From contig NW_003314264.1 of NCBI RefSeq assembly GCF_000143415.4, positions 4,081,229 to 4,145,228 of the forward strand: a stretch of DNA of 64,000 nt, given 5' to 3'. The notes beneath the pieces were generated by a model that ran no database searches, was not told the DNA's origin, and saw only the letters and a program-made list of their open reading frames with translations. Below, piece by piece: positions 39,749-51,441 of this stretch (positions are counted from its first letter, which is position 1; each line of letters starts with the position of its first letter). The position numbers and the translations under genes are program-made. The DNA is from Selaginella moellendorffii. Lineage: Eukaryota > Plantae > Lycopodiophyta.

Positions 39749-41174
39749 ATGATGCAGCAGCTCGATCAAAAGGACAAAGCCATGGCCCGCGAGGAACACT
39801 GTGCCAAGAGCCACTCGCAAGCAAACAGCAGCTCCAGCAACAAGGAGGAGGAACAGGCACACAAGAGCATGAGCGTCAGCTCGCCCGAGAGCTCCTCAGC
39901 GGGGACGAATTCAGGCAAGAGCTGCGACAGCAGTAGCCGCAAGAACAGCAGCAGCAGCGCCGCCACCGCGGGCGGCGTCCGGCAGTACGTGCGATCCAAA
40001 ATGCCGCGCCTCCGATGGACGCCGGACCTCCACCACTGCTTCGTCAATGCCGTGGAGCGGCTGGGCGGCCAGGACCGTGAGTATCTTGTTCGCGCTTGTT
40101 TGATCTTCTCATGGATCATCAAACGGGCTTTTATATCATAGTACCATCTTCTTTCCTTTCAAGATCTTGATCACTTTTGCTTCGTTTGTGTTGCTCAGGA
40201 GCCACTCCCAAGCTGGTTCTACAGCTCATGGATGTCAAAGGATTGACAATTGCGCATGTCAAGAGCCATTTGCAGGTTCCACTTCTTTTTCTGCATTCGT
40301 TTATTTTGGGAAAAACCGCAATTCGGTTTCAACTTCGCAGATGTATCGGAGCATGAAGAATGATGAGAATCACGGCCAAGGTCAGTGCAAAATTTATTTT
40401 GTCAGTCAGACTCATTCCCCGATCCCAAGTAAAAAGCTTTGTGGTTTTCGCTGGTTTTTTCGTTTTTTTTTTTCTGTAGCGAGTTCCGAGGCAGGCCAGG
40501 ATCATCTGGCGTTGATTGACGATCGGAGCTCCCTCGTCGGCACCGCCTTTGCATCTTCTCTACAGCAACACCTTGATCTTGGACACCATCACCCACACGA
40601 AAGCTTTGCAGCCTTCCAGCAACAGGAACAGCAGCAGCAGCACTTCTTCTGCCGTCCTGTGCTTCAGCCACTCGCGAGGTATTTCAATCTCACTGGGATA
40701 CCACCCAAGTCTGACGAGTGATTTCCTGCTTTGCTCATCCGGGGAACCGTGCCTCTCGATCCAATCCTGAAGGCACCACCACCACCAACACCAGCAGGAG
40801 CATGGGTTTATGGTGGAGAGCTCGAGCTCGTCGGGCCTGCGAAGCCACAGGAGCCTGCCAAACGATCTCGTCCACCTCAACGACTACTGGCTGAATTTGC
40901 AGACGCACAAGCAGATCAGCCCCGGGAGCAGCAGCAGCAATTACAGCAGCCGATCCGAGTGGACTCAGAATCATCTCATGCAGATCGATCACCACCACCA
41001 CCACCACCACCACCGAGCTGCGCAGCAGGCAGCGATTAACAACAACAACAACAACGTAATTGACAACAACATCAACAACAGGCATCGAGTTTTCGAGGAG
41101 CTGAGGAAGCAGAGACTTGTTCTCGACTCCTCCTCGCACAGCACCCACGCAACGATGCAACTCCTGGTCAGTAC

Positions 41175-41232
<58 letters not shown>

Positions 41233-41522
41233 ACATCGGTGTGATCGGTTCTCATCGTTTCTCTTTTTGGAAACAGGACCGGATGAACAATCGAAGATCA
41301 AGCCCCGACTCCACTGACGATGACGACGATGATGATGGCAGTAACTTATCACTGTCACTAACAAGTTCCCCCGCTGGCATGAAGAACAAGGCAAAGCGGC
41401 GAAACGGGAAATACATTCGCAGGGGCAGCAGCAGCACTAGTAGCGGGCAGCCGGATCAAAATCGCGGGGAGCCGGTCATAAGATTGGATCTCACGCTCTC
41501 CATCGCCCACAAATCACCGTGA
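39749..41522 (+). CDS. GARP/G2-like MYB transcription factor of the SHLQMY type (At1g14600-like), 6 exons, with C-terminal EAR-like motifs
   Basis: [20 protein letters not shown]...[29 protein letters not shown]; LSLSL and LDLTL near the end. Exons 39749-40076, 40199-40275, 40341-40380, 40480-40678, 40773-41166, 41277-41522. Confidence 0.88.
41180..41235. repeat. Compound microsatellite (CT)14(CA)14 in the last intron of the GARP gene
   Basis: Directly visible. Confidence 0.95.
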
Positions 41523-44500
41523 TCAATCAATCAATCAACAGCAAACTCAACTAAAGTTGGAAGCTAACTCGAACTGAATATTTTGCTAATCTACTATTCA
41601 TGAACCTAGTCACCTAGGGATTTTTGGTTCCTTTTTCTTTCGAGCGTGAGAGATGCCAGACACAATTCTCCTGCGCGTGGATTCCAAGGGCCTGTTCGTC
41701 GCTGATCCATTCAAAACTTCCCGAGTGAAACTTACGAACTCTGCGCCACGGCCGAGCAATAGCTTTCTTTGATTTGACAAAGCAAAGCTCTGGATCCACA
41801 GCAAGGAACTGCTTGAAAAGTCTGTTTTGTTTAAATGGAAGCGAACCATTGAAATGGAGATCGTAGCTCCCCCATGGCTGTCGTCACCACCTTCGTACTG
41901 CAACACTCCACAGTTGTTGTACAGTTGGCTCCTCTTCTCTGTTAGAGCTTACGTTACGAACACTCGAGCAGTCGGTCAAACTACACACAAAGAAAAATAG
42001 AAAGAAAATGAGAAACCACGGAATGTAAAGCAACTAGAAATGGAAGGATTAAGAAACTCTAGCGTGATTTTAATCGGCTCTGGCTGGACTGCACATATAA
42101 CTTCACCATTGTTTATATGCGGCTGCAGGAGCGAGCAGACGCGAAGCGTTACCTAAGCCTCCTCCGGTGATTATCTCTAAAAAGTTCTCATATCACAGGA
42201 GATTAATCGAAGAAAAAGAGGGAGACGATTGTCTATCATGCCATCATTTGCATGCTGCAGCTCCGGACATGGTCCTCAAGAGCAAACAAACAAAGTATTT
42301 CTGCTGGCTAGCTGTACTTGGCTTGTGGACTTTTCATCCATGCGAGAAAAGAAAGAGAAAAAGAAGAAGAATCCTGCCGTGAACTCTCTTCATTCCCGAG
42401 AATGTCACGGAGATGATTGATCGATCCATGCAACACTGCAGGGATTGATCGATCCATCTATCCGACTCCAACACAAGAGTGTGGGTCGTCAGGGAGAGTC
42501 AAGCAAGGCACTCGAGAGATCACCATCCATCAATCTAATCTCTCTAAATCCAAAGTTAAGAAGCTCAAGCTTCCTAGCCGAACGAGAGGGGGCTTTAATG
42601 CTCTCTCGGACGCTTCTTTCCTGCCAAAAGATTTGTTTACGAACCCGGAGAGAAAAAAAAACGAGAGAACTTACGTTTTGGATGATAGCTAGTCAATATC
42701 CTTCACACTGTTGCAGAGCCTCACGTTTGTTTCCTGGTCAATGTCCACAGAGAACTCTAAACAAAAAATAAAAGAGAAAAACAAAAAACGAAATAAAAAA
42801 TTCCTACCAGAAAATAGCATAGCCGACTGTGCACCTCTAGCTTCTACCAAGAACCAACCACGAATAAACACTAAAATCAGAGCAAATGCAAGCTAGCTAC
42901 AATCTATAGGAATAGAGAGAACACTATACTACACCAGGCAGTCAGCAGATTTCACCTTCCTGCAAGGAAGGAAGGATGGAATCATTCATGAAGAACTTGA
43001 ATGCCAACATTTATTCTGTGCTGTGCACTTTGTCGTCACACAAGGTAGAGGACTTCCTTACACACAAGACTCACATACACACACACCCACACAGGAGAAC
43101 TCATCAAAAAGAGTTTGACAAGAAACCAGGAAGAAAAGATAAAGCAAAATCATGTCACATACCTTGGAACAACATAGATGTTCGGTTCGAGACATTAATG
43201 TCGCTCCAAAGCAGCCTCGATCGAGTGTCACCCTCGACTGCAAAACGACATTCTCCATCTTAGCACATTTGCGGACGATGTAATAAAAACCATGAGCAAA
43301 AACAAACGGGCACACTCCAAACAGAGCAGTGCGCAAAGCAAGCAACAACGAACGCAAAACATACCTCCTTCACCAAACTTTTCCCCTCTTTGCTCCCCAG
43401 TGCACGTCTCTGTCCCAGAAGCAGGCGATGCTTCCACTTCACATCCATTCGAATCCGATCGCTTCAGCCTTTTATCTTTAAAAACCAAAAGGAGGAATTA
43501 ATATAAAGCGAAAGAGAAAAGAGAAAAAAAAAGTGGTAAAAGAAACTTCCTGGACGTGCGTCTAGGTTGGTGTCATTAAAATCTCTCCTCGTTGATTGCC
43601 TAGACGTGCTGCAGTAGCAGCTGCAAAATTCTGGCCCTGCTTCTATACTTCTCCCCTGATGCACAGAAGCGATACAGAACGACACTAGTTTTTTCCTCCC
43701 GGCTCGACTCGACTCGAGAGTCATGTCTTAGAAAACAAACAGGGGTGCGTTACGAACCAGATATCCATAGCCGGCCCCGGCTGCCCGTTAGAACCTTAAA
43801 TATGCCATGCTTGACATTCTATGTCTGCTGCATTTGCTGCTGCGCATCAGGAAAACGATGGTCATACTCCACAGAGTCCACCCGAAACAAACAAAGCAAG
43901 AAACATATTAAATGACTGGAGGGGTGTGTGTACTCGGCACATACCTCTATACTTACTTGTTCTTCGTCTTCTATTTCCAGGGTCTAGATTCTCCATTCAC
44001 AATAGCATGTCAACGTTTGAGTGTTTGGCCACCACCACCACGGACGTGCTTGATTGTTCTTTCTTTGTCTCGTAATTTCACTGCGAGGCATCGAAGGAAT
44101 TAGGTAGGTAGAGGGACTGATAAAAAAGAAGTCACCAGTCAAGCGTAAGCAAAGCTCCTAAATCAGAAAAGTAGCAAAGCGTACCCGCGCATATAACATT
44201 CCCTCTCGGTTATTCCTTGTTCCTTGCAGCAGCTACAAGTCCGGAAAAGAAAGGAAGAAAAAAAAAGAGAACATCACCATCAGATCAAGCAAAGCGAGAA
44301 ATATAAAGAGAAATTCCACTCACGAAACTTTATAAGCGCTTGCATGAGAGAATCAGTCGTTCTCCTCCACCATCTCTGAGATGGATGCTCAAAGGGTCAT
44401 CCGATAGTTGCCTCTACCAAATCCAGAATATATTGCACCAAACCAAGGACAATCCCCGTGGATCGACAGATTGCAACCTTCAACAAGATCCAAAAGCCAA

Positions 44501-44860
44501 GCATTAGTAGGTGCCAAAACCAACAAAGAAATGTAAGAAGTATCAAAAGCTTCAGGCTCTCAACAAACAGCCCATACCCCGTAACTGCACCAGTCGATGT
44601 CAATCGCCTTGTTGCTTGCTTGCTTCCTTTCTTCCACCTTGAAAAAACCAAGTCCCCCGCAAGGACGAAAGAAGGAAACAGAGAAAACAAAGCAGAATTG
44701 AATGAAGCGAAGCTGCCAAAAACTTTGGAACCAAACCCGGTCGTTTTAAGTCGGATCATTGAAAACTCTGTTTGCTGATGATATACAGAAGAAAAAACGA
44801 CTTTAGTCTGTTGTTCTCCCCCCCAATCACCCCGCTATCCCCTGTGTAAAGTGTCCCTTT

Positions 44861-46172
44861 TCAAAACGGGACCAAAGAGACGCCTTTGCCATGATGCCAA
44901 GCCAAGCTCGTCTGCGTGAGAAAGGCTGCCAGCGACCACAAGGAGAAAATGCCCAGAAGTTGCAACGATGACAGGAGCATCTGTAGCGAGCTCGTAATTG
45001 CCGTGGTCTGCACTGATGCCTCCAGAGTTTTCATGGAAAATATAAGCCCCGCGACAAGCTGTGCTGCTCTGTTTAGCTGGTGAAGACGATAAACCTGGAA
45101 TATCAAGCTTTACAAGCTGGCCTCTACGAAAAACTCATTGCCAAGCAAACCTGGAAAATCATCGGTACTAGAGGTCGAATCGATGGCTTGTCCTCGGCAA
45201 ACTTCTCTCCGCAAAATTGCACCACCAGCCCCGACACATATGGAACTAGAGCAGCGATGGCCGCGGGGCCCGTATACTTCCAGGCCACGAAGAAACTCGA
45301 AACAGCCAAGACCGTGGAGAGGGCAGTGCATACCGTGGCCGACACATTGTATCCCCAAGTGTAGGAAGCAGCAGCTAAAGCATCGCCTTTGGAACCGCGA
45401 ACACGAACAGGTCCTCGAAACTTATGAGCAACGAAAAGGAATGCTGATACTCCGATGTAAAAGTAGGCTTCCGTGAAGAACAAAATGATAAAATCTGCAT
45501 TCACGAGAGAGATTAAGTCGATCTCAATGGAGATGGAAAATAGAAAAGCGAGACAGAAGAAAGATGGTGAGAAGTACCTGTTACTACTGTATCGTCGAGA
45601 AGATATTCAAAGACGGTCCGAAAAACGTATGGCGGTAGCACGACCGAAGCAACCAGCACAAAAGGTCCAAGCAGCCAGAGAAGCGATCGTCGCTTCACTC
45701 CTGTAAGCAAACGATCTTCTCCAGCAGCTCCGCTATAGAACGAAACGAATCCAGTTTTGCCGCTGATATCTGCGTCCTCCAAAAACTCCAAGTCGATGTG
45801 ATCGGGTTCTTGAGAAGCTGCTGCTACTTCTTCTCCAGCAGGCTTCTCTTGCGAGTCGAATTCTTGCGGGCTGTTGCTGCTCGTCACCTCGTCTTTCAGA
45901 GAGACTCCACGAGACAACCGGCATTTTGATCCACCTCGGAGTCGTTCTAGTCGCGAAGAATGCAAAGCTGGGGTGATCAATCGGGAAGAAACGTTTGGAG
46001 CAACGGCAGTGAGTCGACTCGAGAGGTTTGGAGTAGCGGCAATCCTTCCTTTTAGCTTGAGCGAGCTCCTGGACCCGGTCTTTAATCGCGCTAGCTCGCT
46101 ACTCCCGATAGCGTACCTGTTATACGCTGGTTGCGCCGGGAGCAAGAGGGCCGGGGCAGCCAATCCTGCCAT
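44861..46172 (-). CDS. Conserved plant multi-pass membrane protein with a likely plastid transit peptide (At5g63040-like), 390 aa (exons 46172-45578, 45494-45151, 45094-44861)
   Basis: GFVSFY, SLLWLLGPFVLVAS, DFIILFFTEAYFY and IFQVYRLHQLNRAAQLV motifs. Two GT-AG introns keep the frame. Confidence 0.85.
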
Positions 46173-46317
46173 TACCACGACCGCGACCTCGATCGACGCC
46201 TACGCCACGTCCATTCCCTGCAAAATATCGCGATTTCTAACGCCCTAGCATGGAACACCTTCTTACAGGGAATGCGCGCAACTCTCTCGCCAAGCCCTAA
46301 CAACAATGTTCATGCCA

Positions 46318-46368
46318 GCCACGTGTCATAAGGTTCCAGCTTGGACGACACGTGTATCCAACGTGTCA
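46318..46368. promoter_or_regulatory. Three G-box/ABRE-like elements
   Basis: GCCACGTGTC, GACACGTGT and AACGTGTC within 50 bp, about 150-200 bp upstream of the minus-strand gene. Confidence 0.5.
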
Positions 46369-46431
46369 TGGCATCTGTCCTGAGATTCGGGCTTTTAGAT
46401 CAAAGATTTTTTCTTGACAGCAACGGCGGCT

Positions 46432-46767
46432 GAATATTCGATGGGGACAGTGACGCGCGAATATTCGCGCTGGGGACCACGCACGATGGATGAATATTCA
46501 CCACCCATTACCAGTGAGAATATACTCACTGAGAGCAAATAAATCGTGGCGCCATAGAAAACGATTATAGCCCAAATCTGTGAACGAGAGTCGCACACAA
46601 AAACTATAGTCCCCAAACTAGAAAGGCGACAAAGCCTGGAGAAATACCGGCATGCCGTACAAAGATTCCCATGTTCGTACTGGGCCCGCATCATCACGAA
46701 TATGCTTCTGCGCCGCGGCATATTCGGCGGGATAAGTATATGCTGCTCTTTTACGAAAGGAATATTC
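46432..46767. promoter_or_regulatory. Cluster of 8 perfect P1BS (GNATATNC) elements upstream of MYB-CC gene 1
   Basis: GAATATTC 46432, 46459, 46492; GAATATAC 46518; GAATATGC 46698; GCATATTC 46718; GTATATGC 46736; GAATATTC 46760. Confidence 0.82.
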
Positions 46768-46935
46768 GCTCGGCGACACACAAAAAGAGGGCGGGGGAGC
46801 GCGGTTTGGTGATTTTTTGTTGATGCTTTGCGCAGCGGCTGTAGGATTTTTGATCAATTGCGCGGATGGGCGTCACGGAGCTCCAGGCGAGGTGAGGCTC
46901 TAGGGGAGATCTTCCCGAAAATTCGATGATATCAT

Positions 46936-48165
46936 ATGTCTAGCATTTGTGGGAATGATCTTTCGGCTTCATTGTCCCACAGCGTCAAGGCGCTGGTGAG
47001 ATCCGGGGGTGAATTCAACCAGGACAAGGCGTGCTCTACATTCTACTACGTTCCATCGTCGGGCGAGGCATCGGCGCATCTCTCCGCCTCCGGGCTTGGA
47101 AACGATCAAAAGCCGCGGTTGCGATGGACGCCGGAGCTGCATGATCAGTTTGTCAAGGCCGTGGCGCAGCTCGGTGGCCCCGAGAGTCCGTAGTTTTCTC
47201 TCTTCAGAGTTTTTACTTTTGGTCTTTTACTAACCAAAAGAACGTTTGATTTCAGAAGCTACACCAAAGTCGGTCCTGAAGCTAATGGGCGTTCAAGGGC
47301 TAACACTTTACCATCTCAAGAGCCATCTCCAGGTAAAAAAATCTCGTTTTTCTGGAGGATTGGACACAATTTTTCCTGTGATCGTAGAAGTATAGACTTG
47401 GAATGCAAATACCCCGACCCGAGACTAGCGGCGATGGTAAAAAATCTCTTTTTCCCGCTTCTTGTCGTTGATTCGAGCTCACAAGTAACAATTCATCAAC
47501 AGGCAGGAGTAACTCCGAGGACAGCAGCAAACAACAAGAGTGAGCATTTAATTCATTTATCTTGGCCGATCTTGGAAAATCAAAACTTTGATGGTTTTCC
47601 ACCAGGAGTTTGCCTCTCACGCAGATAATTGCGGTGCACGCGGAGGTCGAGAAGAAACTCCGGGAGCAGATGGAGGTAATGACTAAGTTCGTGGAGGATC
47701 CATTCTCATTTTGATTGGTGATTTTACACGATCCATGGACAGATCCAGCAGCAGCTACAGGCCCGGATCGACGAGCAATGCCAGCACCTGTACAAGCTGA
47801 TGGAGAGCGCGAGCCCTCAGAAGAAATCGATCATGGCGGACCTGGAGGCCGCTCGAAAGCTCCAGCTCGACGGCATCATGGAGCTGTCCAAGATGTACTC
47901 GGGGCTCCAGAGCGCGGTGGAGCAGCACGGCAAGCTGGATCAAGCGACGAGCAACAACACCGCGGGGATCAAGAGGCGCCCCAACGACGATGATCCCCAA
48001 CGCCAGCTCGAGGAGGAGCAAGAGAGGGTGACAAAGTCGCTAGTGCAGTGGAAGAAGGAGCCAGTGTGGGATGACGACGAAGCGCAGCATGCATCAGGCT
48101 CCACTGCCGAGATCTCGACGGGGCTCAATCTCAGTAGCGGTCGCGGCTTAGACTTGAATGGCTAG
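46936..48165 (+). CDS. MYB-CC (PHR/PHL family) transcription factor with a divergent coiled coil and C-terminal LDLN (exons 46936-47185, 47256-47332, 47388-47436, 47503-47539, 47606-47675, 47743-48165)
   Basis: KPRLRWTPELH...[31 protein letters not shown]. The CC reads QIIAVHAEVEKKLREQMEIQQQLQARIDEQCQHL. Confidence 0.88.
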
Positions 48166-49760
48166 CTAAGATAGAGCTCCACGAAAAAAGGGTGAACAAG
48201 TAAAAGCCCTAAAAGCGAGAGGAAATGATTCGATTCTCGACAGAAAAAGAAAAAAGATTCCATTTGGTGCGGTTCCACTGTCCCGGAAAGAAAGAAAAAA
48301 GATGCGGCGAAACTTTGTGGGATTCCTCTTGCTTATGTTAATTCTAGAGGATGAACTGTACGGATACGTTGATGTTTTTCTGCATGACAGTTACTGATTG
48401 CCAAAGGGAATTGACCTAAAGCCTGGATGGATTGAAGTGAATGCGACGAAGAGCCCATTCGTGCATTGCAATGACACAATGTTCGTTTGCAAGATAAGGT
48501 GGGGAGGGCCCAATCCCTAATAAACCCCTGGACTGCATCTATATCTACACCAAGAGAGGGACAAGACGCGAGCAAAAAGGTATATTTATACTGACAATTT
48601 CTTGTTAATAGATTACATTAGTTTGGATATCTCTTGGTGATTTACAAAGTGGTGGTTTTGGAATCTCTTGCGAATTGTTTGAGCGTAATGATAGTGTTGA
48701 ACTTGCATGATTGATGACCTGTAGGCGCACCAGAGGAGAAGCATGGGAGAACCTTCTGCCAAGAATTGCGTGGTTTGCGAGATTATATATATCCATCTTC
48801 CAATCCATGTCTATATGAATGAAGCCATAAAGGTGGCAGCGATCCACCATATGTCTGGATGGATCGAGAAGGTGGCATACGAGCGTGAGAATCGTACTAG
48901 TGACAACGTTTTTAGGGTTATCCTCTATCGTGGCTCGTGTTTCTTGGTCTGGTTAACGAAAAAAGGAAACAAAATGTTAGGATACATTTTGGCTTTCCAT
49001 CTCGCAAGCAACGTAATGCATTAAAGTTCAAAAGAGGAACTTAGCTTAATTGAAAAGCCACCGGCTGCGCCCGCCACGTGTCGGTGGGCACCAGTTTTTT
49101 TTTGTGTGTGTCTTTGTTAATAATTTTTTTCTTCGCCTTGTGTTCCGCCATAGCCATCGAGCTCGCTCCCTGCTTCGCGTCCCCGCATTTCACTTCGATT
49201 TCTCTCTCAAGCAGGCGGGGCATCAATCTCTACAGTGCAACGATCTGGATTTCGACCATTGAGCGTTCCATCGCAGGTCAAGGAGGGAATTCGCAGGAAT
49301 TGCCGCGTTTCCAGTGTTTCTTGGCATCTCCTCTTCCAGCAGGGGCGCCAGACTCTCGCAGGGGACGGTAGCAGCTTCAATTCTTGCGCTCCAAGGCTGG
49401 AATCTTGGGGCTAAGATCGCAAGAATTTCTAGATTACTGTAGCATTCTCGGAGCTTCCTCTTGGTTCTAGCGCCGTTCCCTCTTCGCTCTTTCTTCTTCT
49501 TCTTCTTCTTCCTCCTTAATGTGTATCTCTGGAAAGCGAATTTCCAAGCGGTTAGGGTTCTAGCCTAGAGGATCGCGAACTCGCTCGCTCGCTCGCCTAG
49601 AAATTTTTCTTTTCCCTGGGCTTTTTTTCTTCTTTTTTTCTCAATTTTTTCTCATTCGACAGGCGGTATACTATATCACAAAGATTATTAGTTGGCAAGG
49701 CCTTATCCAAATCTGTGATGTCCGTATCGCGCGTTTTGGGTTGTAGCGTCTACAGCCGAA

Positions 49761-51265
49761 ATGCTGTATGAGGCTCTCAAGCAATCCACGACAAAGATGT
49801 CGCAACACCAAAGGCCGTCGCTTCCATCTCCTTCCCCGCATCATCACCAAGCGCTGTCCGATCCACAGAGAATTGCGAGCGGCTCTTCTCCCGGCGCTAC
49901 GAGCTCTGGCGGCGGAGGAGGAGCAAGCAGCAACGCCGTCTCGAATGCGGCGGCCGCCGCCGCTAAGCAGCGCCTCCGATGGACGCCGGACCTTCACGAG
50001 CGATTCGTAGAGGCTGTTGGGCAGCTGGGAGGAGCCGACAGTAAGTTTCTCTTAGATCTCCGAAACACTGTTGTGTGTTGCTTTCGGTCAGGAGCTACTC
50101 CCAAGGGTGTTCTTCGCGTAATGGGCGTGCAAGGACTCACAATCTATCATGTCAAGAGTCATTTACAGGTAGGGGGTGATTGGTTTAGCTCGTTTTTTCT
50201 ATCCTGTCCTCTGCCAGTGATCATGATCTCTGGTGTCTCCGCAGAAGTACCGACTTGCGAAGTACATACCAGATCCGATGGGCGATGGTAAGTTCAACTA
50301 GTTAGATTTTCTGACCGGTCTGCTTCCTGTGTTTGAATGCATGGGAATGGCCCCGAGGGAATCCAGTTTGGAATTAAACTATGTCTGACAGGGAAATCGG
50401 ACAAAAGGAGGCACCCGGATTTGCCGAGTCTCGGAGGATCGTAAGTTGGTGAATGGGTTTTTTCATTGTAAACTTGCTACAACTCCCCCTCTCCTCTCAA
50501 CAGTGTTCAGATCAACGAGGCATTGCGTATGCAAATGGAGGTACAAAAGAGGCTTCAGGAGCAGCTCGAGGTAAGCTGTTTTCCGTGCTTTTATGATTTC
50601 TTCTCCTCCCGCGAGGACAGAGGGACACCGACTTAATATGTCCTGGATGGAAAAACCTGAAACGCAGGTGCAACGGCACCTCCAATTGCGAATCGAAGCG
50701 CAAGGGAAGTACCTGCAGAAAATTATTGACGAGCAGAAGAAGATGAGTGGGGGTCTTGACAACCAGCCAGGTGCCAGTCCCGGATCGACGCAAGTTTTTA
50801 GCTCAGATATAACAGTCCAAGGCTCAGATCTCAAATATGAATTGACCGAGAGCGTACCAGGTCTGATGGATCCACCAGGAGGAGGTGGAGGAGGAGCTTT
50901 GCCAGCGATCACATCAGCGCTTTCGGCACTGGGATCAATGGCAGCTAACAACAGTTTGTCGCGAGAAAACTCGCCGGCGTCAGTCCCAAATCCTTTGGGA
51001 GCCAGTTACACTTTACTCAACAACAACAACAACAACATTAGGACCGATGACGCGGTAGTAGTATCACCGAGACACCAGGAATCAGTAGAAGAGTATCTTC
51101 ATTCGAAATCTTTACAACAGCAGCAGCAGTCTTACCACCATTCGAGTTATTTGCAGTGTAACACAGCAGGTATGCTTTTCAGTCCTGTTTCCAGGAATTA
51201 AGTTGGTTTCTGTTTTGGTGCAGGCAGGCTTCCATGACCACAACACTGGCGAGAGTTTTCTGTAA
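49761..51265 (+). CDS. PHL7: MYB-CC transcription factor, PHL7-like; 3' end uncertain (51201 if the last intron is not spliced)
   Basis: [19 protein letters not shown]...[36 protein letters not shown]; [43 protein letters not shown]. Confidence 0.88.
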
Positions 51266-51441
51266 TATGTAGGAGCTCTATAGCCGCCGCAGCAAACGAC
51301 TTTGTCCACTTTGGTACGATCGTTTCTTGCCGCTTGTTGAAAGAATTGAGACTTTTGTAACCGCGTTCCTGCTGTACTTTTTTTTTTCTTCTAGACTTCT
51401 AGAATGGGAGAACGAGAAAAATATTATATCGGAGAGAAAGC

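Noticed and set aside
43255-43292. FYYIVRKCAKM, resembling the DVL/RTFL peptide core
   Set aside because: Lacks the following LxCW and has no in-frame ATG; it lies inside a putative intron.
44397-44759. 120-aa hydrophobic ORF on the minus strand
   Set aside because: No recognisable motif; the hydrophobicity follows from a T-rich strand. Could be UTR. Not supportable without homology or Ribo-seq.
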